This document shows, piece by piece, positions 55,481 to 64,000 of a DNA stretch of 64,000 nt. The notes under the pieces were generated by a model. It worked only from the letters and a program-made list of their open reading frames with translations. It did no database searches and had not been told where the DNA came from. The stretch spans positions 56,606,001 through 56,670,000 of the forward strand of contig OX597831.1 in assembly GCA_951406725.2 (NCBI GenBank), in the 5' to 3' direction. The position numbers were made by a program, and so were the translations under genes. Position 1 is the first letter of the stretch, and each line of letters begins with the position of its first letter. This stretch comes from Octopus vulgaris (taxonomy: Eukaryota).

Positions 55481-57077
55481 CCAGTGACGATTATTAATAT
55501 TTTTATTTCTTGTCCCTGGGCAAAACACTTCGTGACTTTGTGCTTGTTTATAAAAGATATAATAAAACTATTATGATTTATATTTTATCTTTTAACATCT
55601 GCTTAATACTTCAATTTTTGAATTTTTCCCTTTTTTTAAATGATTTTCTTTTTTATTCTTTTTTTTTCTCACTACAAATGCTCCGGCTTACCAGCGGTTG
55701 AACATTATCAGTTTTTTTGCCAACTAGCATCAATATCTTGGATTAAGTCAGCCCTCGTTTGTCTTGGAGAGGTGCACATGTATGTGCAAAGGCTGCCGAG
55801 CGAAAATTCTAAGATCCAACAGCATCAGTCTCTTTTATTGTTTACCTGTCATAAGAGTAAAAAAAAAAAGAAAAGAAAAGAAAGCATCGCCAAGCCAACA
55901 CCCGAGGCAACTACTTAGTTTGTTCTTTTATTTATTTATTTCACAACAGACAGTCATCCAATCTACCTTCCTTTGCAGCTATCAACCAGACATCACCTTT
56001 AAACCAACGTTACAAACGCTTACTAATCTCTCCACCACTACTACTGCTGCTACTACTTCTTTAATTCTAACTTTAAACGTCACAACCCACTCACTGGTAT
56101 TCTATATCACCCCAAAAGATAGTTACTTTGGCAACAGCTGTTGGCTTTTAGTATTTTTACAAGAAAAAATTCTAATGCGAACGTGCACCAATTTTATGCA
56201 GCCGACATAACTAAATGCCACACCCCTATTTAATGACAAACCAAAACACTGATGCAATTCGAACAATGAAACAATACATTATACATATGTCAGATGTTTT
56301 TCTGTCTCTATAGTTAGCCAACATAACATTTAGCTTGTGGGGCTCAGAAGTTACATTCTTGAGATGCTTCATATGACCCATAGTTAATTTGCAAATAAAA
56401 CTACAGAACAATGTTTAAGTGTAATTATTTCAACTATTTCACTGTTTCTGCTTCAAATTTACTGTAATTGACTTTTGCATTTTTCACTCCTTGCAGCAGA
56501 TGGTATAAAATATGGACCAGTGATTCATAGAGGGTTAAATTTAATCAACAAATTCTAAGCATAGAGATGTGGTTAAGAAGCTTGTTTTGCAACCACATGG
56601 TTTTGGTTCAATCCCACTGCATGCCTTGTAAATGAATTTACAGACAGAAACTGTGTGGAAGCCTGTTGTGTGTGTGTGTGTGTGTGTATGTATATCATCA
56701 TCATTTAATGTCCATTTTACATGTTGGCATGAGTTGGACAACTTGACAGGAACTGGCAAGGCCAGGGCCCACACCCAATTCCACAGTCTGTTTTGGCTTG
56801 GTTTCTACAGATGGATGCCGTTCCTAATGCCAACCACTCTACAGAGTGTACTTGGTGCTTTTCACACGACACCATCACCAGTGCATTTTCAGTGGCACCA
56901 GCACCAGTGCGTTTTACGTGGCACCAGCACCCATACCAAATCTTTTCTCATGGCACCTTGGTTTTTAGGATCTTAATTTGGTTGTGGTGGGCAGGTCTTC
57001 TTGAGTACAGCAATGTGCCACGTATCTCAGTCCTCTGTCATCTCCTTCATAAGGTTCAGTCTTTTGAGATCAGCCTT

Positions 57078-57110
<33 letters not shown>

Positions 57111-57399
57111 AGGTTCCCTACTTACTCAGCATGGAAAACGCTTACAGCCATTGGAATGAAAGGAAAGGAGTGAAGGGTGGCTGTGCACAGGATGGGAGAG
57201 GCAGCTGAAAGGGCCTCTTGTTGGCTTTGGAGCAAGAGAGAGGAGTTAAGCTGGAAGCCAGGAGATGTACAGCAGTGATTTGGCCACCTCTGCTGACCCA
57301 CCGACAGCACCTGATGAACTTTAGATATCATCTGATGACATCAATTCCTCCTGGCCACTTTGGTGAATGGAAAAAGCACCTCCTAGGTGTTATTAACAC

Positions 57400-57760
57400 A
57401 CACACACTAGATAAGGTTTGGCCAGAATTGACCTAGGCCATGACTAACTTATAAGCACCACTGGAAAAGATATTTAATGATGTTTTCATATTACAGTCAT
57501 TCTTTGGACTGCTTATTTGAGTAAAGAGTTATTGTTTGCAGAAGTACATCCGGTGTAGGTGGTTTCTCTGGAATTTATTAGAGATATTCATCCTGGAACT
57601 GTTTGAATGTTATGAGATCTTTTTCTTCTTTTATGTGTCTTGATCTGATGTTAAGGAGAGCAGGGCCAACTGAGGTGAAATAGTTCTGTCTTAGTGTTGT
57701 GATATGACATGGGCATGGTTTTCAAAGAGGACAGATGGCATGGATGTAACATGTAGAGTA
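57400..57760 (-). mobile_element. 3' end of a CR1/L2-type LINE
   Basis: Minus-strand remnant ITTLRQNYFTSVGPALLNI...TFKQFQDEYL..IPEKP...NNNSLL, resembling CR1 ORF2 C-termini. Confidence 0.65.
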
Positions 57761-57839
57761 ATTTATTATACACTAAAATAAATACTTTTTGCATGATGTT
57801 GACTGCAAAACGGCAGTCATCTTGACTTTCTTTGCCTTC

Positions 57840-57922
<83 letters not shown>

Positions 57923-57949
57923 TTTATTTAAAGCAGCAGAAAATTCAAC

Positions 57950-57996
57950 AAAACATGTTACTCTGAGTTTCCCGTTGCCGTTCATCAGACAGTTTT
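57950..57996 (-). ncRNA. Minimal type-I hammerhead ribozyme candidate in a short Penelope-like terminal fragment (57921-57996)
   Basis: Minus strand AAAACUGU-CUGAUGA-A-CG(GCAA)CG-G-GAAA-CUC(A)GAGU-A|ACA(u)GUUUU. Intact core, GNRA-capped stem II with an A.G mismatch at its base, palindromic stem III, GUA site, 8-bp stem I. AATAAA at 57923-57928, then (TA)n. Confidence 0.72.
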
Positions 57997-58351
57997 ACGC
58001 TACTGGCATAAATAAACTTGTTTCGCATTGGCAAAAGTGTGTTGATTCTAATGGTGTGTATTTTGATTAATAAAGTTTGGTTTAAGCCGAGATATGTGCA
58101 TCTGAATTTAAAGGTTAAAAACCTCAAGAACTTTCTTGACAACCTATTTATGTGTTTACTCCGGTATATATATATAAATATATATATATATATTTTTTAG
58201 GTTGTCAAGAAAGTTCTTGAGGTTTTTAACCTTTAAATTCAGATGCACATATCTCGGCTTAAACCAAACTTTATTAATCAAAATACACACCATTAGAATC
58301 AACACACTTTTGCCAATGCGAAACAAGTTTATTTATGCCAGTAGCGTAAAA
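57993..58351. repeat. Perfect inverted duplication: 57993-58146 vs 58198-58351 (154-bp arms, 51-bp spacer)
   Basis: Exact reverse complement of the mariner 3' end including its TIR. It produces the duplicated FYATGINKLVSHWQKCVDSNGVYFD peptide in the track. Confidence 0.95.
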
Positions 58352-59470
58352 ATGCTGCATTCTGGTGGCAATGAAGTCGTTGAAGGTGTGTTTGGCATCA
58401 TCTTGGTTTTTGAAGCATTTCTCATGCAGAAAGTTGTTGATGTGCTTGAAAAAGTGGTAGTCAGTAGACGAGAGGTATGGTGAGTATGGTGGATGAGATA
58501 GAGTTTCATAGCCCAATTTGTTCAAATTCTGCAGGCTCAGTTGTGCAACGTGTGGCCGAGTGTTGTCATGGAGAATTGGTCCTTTTCTATTGACCAATGC
58601 TGGCTGTTGTTGTCAGAGTTTCTTATGCACTTTATCCATTTGTTGACAGTACTTCTCTCCCATAATAATTTCGCCTGGATCCAAAAAACTGTGATGGATG
58701 AGACTGGCTGCAGACCACCAAACAGTCACCGTGACCTTCTTTTTGTGCAAATTTGGCTTTGGGAAGTGCCGTGGAGCTTCATTGGCATCCAACCACTGAG
58801 CTGAGTGTCACCTGTTGTCGTAAAGAACCCACTTTTCATCACAAGTCACAATCCAGTCGAGAAATGGATTGTTCTTGTTGTGTAAAATAAGGGAAGACGA
58901 CACTTCGAAATGGCGTTTTTTTTTGGTTGTCATTCAATTCATGCGGCACCCATTTCTCAAGTATTTTTGTTTTTCCAATCTCTTTCAAGTGGTTGGAAAT
59001 TGTCGTATATATTATGTCTAATTCAGAAGCAAGCTCTCAAACAGTTGTGCATGGACTGGCTTCCACTAAGGCTCTTAGTTGAGTGTTGTCAACATCCGAT
59101 GGCCAACCACCACGCTTATCATCTTCAAGACTCTTGTCATGGTTACGGAATTTCTTGAACCACCATTGTGCTGTACGTTCACTAGTGGTTCCTGGGCCAA
59201 ATGCATTGTTGATATTGCAAGCTGTTTCAGCAGCTTTTCGGCCTAGCTTGAACTGGAATAAGAAAATTGTGCGAATTGGCTTTTTGCCCATGTTGTATTC
59301 AACGTTCTGGAAAAAATGGCCTAATTATTCAAAAAGAAAAAGACTAACATGATTAGATAGAGCGAAAAACAGGCTTTAAAATGATATATAAAGTTAAAGT
59401 AATTTAACGAAAATTAATTTGAAAATACATCTTTTAAAACCAAAATTAAATATTCTGCAAGAACTTTCTT
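58197..59470 (-). mobile_element. Near full-length cecropia-subfamily (Hsmar1-like) mariner, inactive
   Basis: TIR ttaggttgtcaagaaagttcttgagg, with a truncated partner ctgcaagaactttctt ending at 59470. Transposase remnants at 59291-58274: IRTIFLFQFKLGRKAAETA...WWFKKFR, VTCDEKW, ILHDNTRPH and HPPYSPYLSSTDYHFF. Confidence 0.93.
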
Positions 59471-59485
59471 ATACATATATATATA

Positions 59486-60864
59486 TCTTATATCTTAAAA
59501 GGCAAGTTGTCTATCTGTGTGTGTTATGTGATCCACTTCTACTCCTACAATTTCCAACCAAATTTGACATGTGTGCTCTCTTTGACTCAGGATGGTTTTT
59601 CTTATAATTTTTTCCTCGAAATTCTGTGCCCCCAACATAAATAGACTACTCTCAATTCACCTAGGATTTGGCTTGAGCCAGCAAAAAATCGTGACACACA
59701 CCTAGCTTGAAAAAAATCAATATTTTACTTTAACTGCGGTGAGCTCTTATTGACTGCTTGCACAGTACTGCCAGCACTATTCATTTGCAAATTACGATTT
59801 GCATCTATTTTCACGTGAGCGCTCTTTTTCATATAATTATTCCAACTTAAACTAGCCACTTCAAAACTCTTACCTAAAATTAAAAATCCTTAATTTGGTC
59901 AGTTTGATTAACATTTTTGCCAACTACAATTTACTATTTTTTGGGTACTACACATTCACCGCTTTTTCCTGAGGACTTTTTCTATTGTTCAAATTGGTAA
60001 TTCTCCACCATTCCTTGACACAAAAGATCCAATATAGGTCAGCTGCAAAGAAAAGTAAACATATACATACAAATGAATCTGCCAAGGATGCCACCAGGAG
60101 GAACCCTCTCAATGCACTTAGGATGGCTTCAGCACAAAGAAGGGAAAGTGAAGAGCAGCGTTGTGATTGGTTAGCATGTATTGTTGTGCAACGAGCTTCC
60201 CAGAGGAACAAGCAACGTTCAGCATGCCAAACAAGAAATGCTTCCTCTACTGCTGCTGCACCATCTTCAGAGACTGCAGTACAACATGCAGTTTGACTTA
60301 CAAGAGATGCTGCAGCAACTGCTGCTGTGCACGCTACGGAAACTACAGGGGTAAGACAACAACTGGAGGCTACAACTCAGTGAAGGGTTACACGACATTC
60401 CTACTCAAGGCCATGCTCCTCGCGGTAGTCAAAGACAGCATTCAACTATGATCCTACAATTGACTACAGTAATCACCCTGACATTCAAATATGCTGCATG
60501 TCCACAATCTGCCAATTATGCGGAGTTTAAAAGTGGCCAGGAGAAACACCCGGCATGTGCTGCTCCAGCGGTAAGATTACAGTACTTCTTCTACAAGATC
60601 CTCCACTCCTTTTGACTGATCTTTTGACAGAGGTGCCTCCTTATTCTCATGACTTTCTCAAGCGGATACGTGCTGACGACTGCATATGAGATGGGTATTT
60701 CATGCCTTCCTTTAAAGTGCAGGGGAAGATTTACCATAGAATTGGTTCCCTGCAGGCACATGACGCTGCCTCACCTCAGTTTCTTCAGATCTACTTCGTG
60801 GAAGACTACACTGACCAGGTATACTTAACAAACAGCCCCGGGCCACACCGGGTATGCCTGCTAG
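59486..60864 (+). mobile_element. Internally deleted Helitron with Rep/Hel N-terminal remnants
   Basis: Start A|TCttatatcttaaaag. Zn-finger-like AFNYDPTIDY...CQLCGV*KWPGETPGMCCSSGKI...QDPP. MPSFKVQGKIYHRIGSL...PQFLQIYF. 3' hairpin cccgggccacaccggg followed by CTAG. Confidence 0.9.
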
Positions 60865-60865
60865 C

Positions 60866-61200
60866 ATATATTATGAGGCAACAGGACCTAATGAACAACC
60901 AAGCATGCAGAAGTATGTGAGGGCTTTAATAACTACAAATCCTCATTCAACATCCCAGAGAGACGTAACACCACAACCCTAGCCATGCACATCTGGATTT
61001 TGAAAGAAAGTGTCACAAAGTACAGCATAAAGTGGAACATCCTAGAAAAATGCAAACCTTACTCCAATAGCAGCAGGATGTGCAGATTATGTCTGGCTGA
61101 GAAGAGAGCAAGTTTAAAAGGTACCCAACACCTGGGTGTTTACTTGAATAGCAAGATTGAGGTGTTTAATCCTTGCCCGCATTAAAGGAAGTGTATTCTA
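60866..61200 (+). mobile_element. Penelope-like element GIY-YIG endonuclease C-terminal fragment (possibly Naiad-type)
   Basis: IYYEAT...KYV (GIY/YIG-like), then FNNYKSSF...TTLAMHIWILKE...YSIKWNILEKCKPYSNSSRMCRLCLAEK...LNSKIEVFNPCPH. Confidence 0.8.
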
Positions 61201-62992
61201 TTGTACCAGAATGCCCCACCATGACTGTAATCACAGGTCCCTTGCCTTGACCTTCGGCAAACAACCTTCCACCAATGCCCTTGATCCTAGCAAAAAGAGT
61301 TTGACCACAGCATGCACCAAAGCATCCATGTACATACACACACACACCCCCTATAGTCATTTGACTGTAGCTATGCTGGAGCACTGCCTTTAGTTGAGAA
61401 ATTGAACCCAGGACTTATTCTTTGTAAGCCTAGTACTTATTCTATCAGTCTCTTTTGCCGAACCGCTAAGTTACAGGGACGTAAACACACCAGCATCGGT
61501 TGTCAAGCGATGTTGGAGGGACAAACACAGACACACAAACGTACACACACACACACACATATATACATATATACGACGGGTTTCTTTCAGTTTCCGTTTA
61601 CCAAATCCACTCACAAGGCTTTGGTCGGCTCAAGGCTACAGTAGAAGGCACTTGCCCTAGGTGCCACACAGTGGGACTGAACCCGGAACCATGTAATTCA
61701 TAGGCAATTTACTTACTACACAGCCACTCCTACGCCTATATATTTTTGTCCCCCTAGCATTGCTTGACAACCGATGCTGGTGTGTTTACGTCCCCGTCAC
61801 TTAGCAGTTCGGCAAAAGAGACCGATAGAATAAGTACTGGGCTTACAAAGAATAACTCCCGGGGTCGATTTGCTCGACTAAAGGTGGGGCTCCAGCATGG
61901 CCGCAGTCAAATGACTGAAACAAGTAAAAGAGTAAAAGAGTAATATATATTGTTATATTTCGGAATGGTCATTTTGCCAGTTTGTATATATGTATGTATG
62001 CATATTTGTACACATGCACATATATATACATATATATGTGTGTTTGTGTTTTCATGTCTGTTTTTTTGCCTACCCCACCCATCACTTAACAACTGATGTT
62101 GGCTTGTTTTCATCCTCCATAATTAGTGGTTTGGCAAAAGCAACTGATAGAATAAGCACCAGGCTTTTTAAAAATAAAAGTACTAGAGTTGATTTGTCTC
62201 ACTAAAACCCTTCAAGACAGTGCCACAACCTAGCCACAGTCCAATGACCGAAACGAATAAAAGATAAAATAAGAAAAAATTGGCCTTGTACCTTGTCTAA
62301 AAGGAAATCAATATTATTGATAAGAGAAGTAATCTGAATCATATAACCTGCTGCTCACCAGCATTACAGCATTTGACTTTGACTTGTCTTTGACATCAGA
62401 AGATTTCACTCGTGTCTGACATCAGAGCTATTAAGCAAAGCTTCAACTTAGAAGCTCCAACTGACTCTACTTCCTTCCCCCACTCCACACTCTTTAGGCC
62501 AATGAGGGAGCCTTTACACAGTTGTCCTACCTGCTAAAAAAAGTAGCCGAATTTCCATTAGATAACACCCTACTTTCTTAGAAAAGGACATACAAAATAA
62601 TGTGCTACTTGATTTCCTACCATATAGACAGGATAATAACTGCTGGGAATGCCTTTGGTCATAGATCTGCTTGGTCAAGGCTGACCTACAGGTAAACAAT
62701 AATCTGACTCCATCAAAGCTCTTTTCACCAATCTTGCAGACACACCTGTCTAGCATTCCACTATTCAGTTATACCTTCCATACTCCTCAATCTGTACGTT
62801 AATGACCTGATTCCCACTAACTCTAAACACACACATGTACACACAACACACACGCATACACACATATGCATGCGCACACATGCACACACATGCACGTGCA
62901 CCCCACCCCTCCACACACACACACACATACAGACAATACCATTCTTTACCTTAACCTTCTACACATAGACTTCATCCATACACAACATCACA

Positions 62993-63295
62993 TGATCACG
63001 TGACCGACCAGGCTACCAGATGTTGCTACACATCGCTGGTCACAATGCGCTTCACATTGTTTTAGCCTTCAAATGATGCCATCCCGCTGGCAAAACGAGC
63101 AGGCCAACAGAAGCATAAGTGAGAGAAAGTTGCAGCAAAAGAGTACAGCAGGGATCGCCACCACCCCCTGTCGGAGCCTCGTGGTGCTTTAGGTATTTTC
63201 GCTCAATAAACACTCACAATGCTCGGTCTGGGAATCGAAACCGCAATCCTACGACTATGAGTCCACTGCCGTAACCACTGGGCCATTGCGCCTCC
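62993..63295 (-). mobile_element. tRNA(Arg-like)-derived SINE, octopus OR-type
   Basis: Minus strand ggaggcgcaaTGGCCCAGTGG...GTTTCGATTCC (A and B boxes) followed by a ~220-bp non-tRNA body. Confidence 0.8.
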
Positions 63296-63483
63296 ATATA
63301 CACAACATAGACCTACCATAAAACATCAATGAACAGAGATATTGAAAATTTCTGCAGTGGAGTTATAACAACCATTCTTCCTTTGACGGAACCCAAACAC
63401 AGTCATGCGAATCTAAAGAAGGAAGACCTTTCATACAACAAAGCCAAAGGGAAGTTTTATGTGGCCACTTTACCTGTTAGGAA

Positions 63484-63514
<31 letters not shown>

Positions 63515-64000
63515 GTTTAACGTCCGTTCTCCATGCTAGCATGGGTTGGACGGTTCGACCGGGGATCTGGGAAGCCAGAAGGCTGCACCAGGCTCCGGTC
63601 TTATCTGGCAACGTTTCTACAGCTGGATGCCCTTCCTAACGCCAACCACTCTGTGAGTGTAGTGGGTGCTTTTTATGTGCCACCTGCACTGGTGCCACGC
63701 GACACTGGCATCGGCCACGGTCGGATTGGTGCATTTTATTGAAGCCAGTCGAGGCGGCACTGGCTTCGGCTATGATTCGGATGGTGCTTTTTACGTGCCA
63801 CCGACACGGAAGCCAGTCGAGGCGGCGCTGGCATCGGTCACAATTCGGATGGTGCATTTTATGGAAGCCAGTCGAGGCAGCACTAGCTTCGGCTACGATT
63901 CGGATGGTGCTTTTTATGTGCCACCGACATGGAAGCCATTGAGGCGGCGCTGGCATCGGCCACAATTCAGATAGTGCTTTTTACGTACCACCAGTCCCAG
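63484..64000 (-). mobile_element. (GAT)n-tailed interspersed retroposon with internal tandem array
   Basis: Motif ggcgttaggaagggcatccagctgtagaaac and a (GAT)n tail. Related copies at ~4155, 5812, 19430, 35400, 38365, 42690, 53160 and 56695. Confidence 0.75.

Noticed and set aside
63220-63295. tRNA-like sequences (also ~8545-8620 and ~22625-22694)
   Set aside because: SINE heads continuous with SINE bodies; I could not fold an intact cloverleaf.
63660-64000. CRISPR-like appearance (palindromic repeats)
   Set aside because: Eukaryotic context, the inter-repeat sequences are themselves repeated, and there are no cas genes.

Overview
AT-rich, repeat-dense animal genomic DNA. The SINE repertoire looks like an octopus/coleoid cephalopod, which is an inference from remembered family sequences. 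The only recognisable host gene is the first coding exon of a VPS13A/C-type lipid-transfer gene on the minus strand (ATG at 55029, 100-nt phase-1 exon ending 54930). It lies in a CpG-retaining promoter-like zone (~50.1-56.3 kb). I found no further VPS13 exon, so 1-54.9 kb is probably one very large first intron. The rest is mobile-element debris: two near-full-length mariners, mariner and DD41D remnants, a deleted Gypsy LTR element interrupted by a CR1-type LINE, two Helitrons, piggyBac-type MITEs, a Penelope-like GIY-YIG fragment, several SINE families and many microsatellites. Nearly all ORFs in the supplied track are spurious or TE-derived. The most interesting signal is a set of minimal hammerhead-ribozyme motifs (57950-57996, 9754-9810, 39051-39100, both arms of 53765-53895). 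They occur alongside a series of 130-320 bp fold-back hairpins and local inverted duplications, plausibly footprints of Penelope-like retroelements. All alignments and counts were done by eye.
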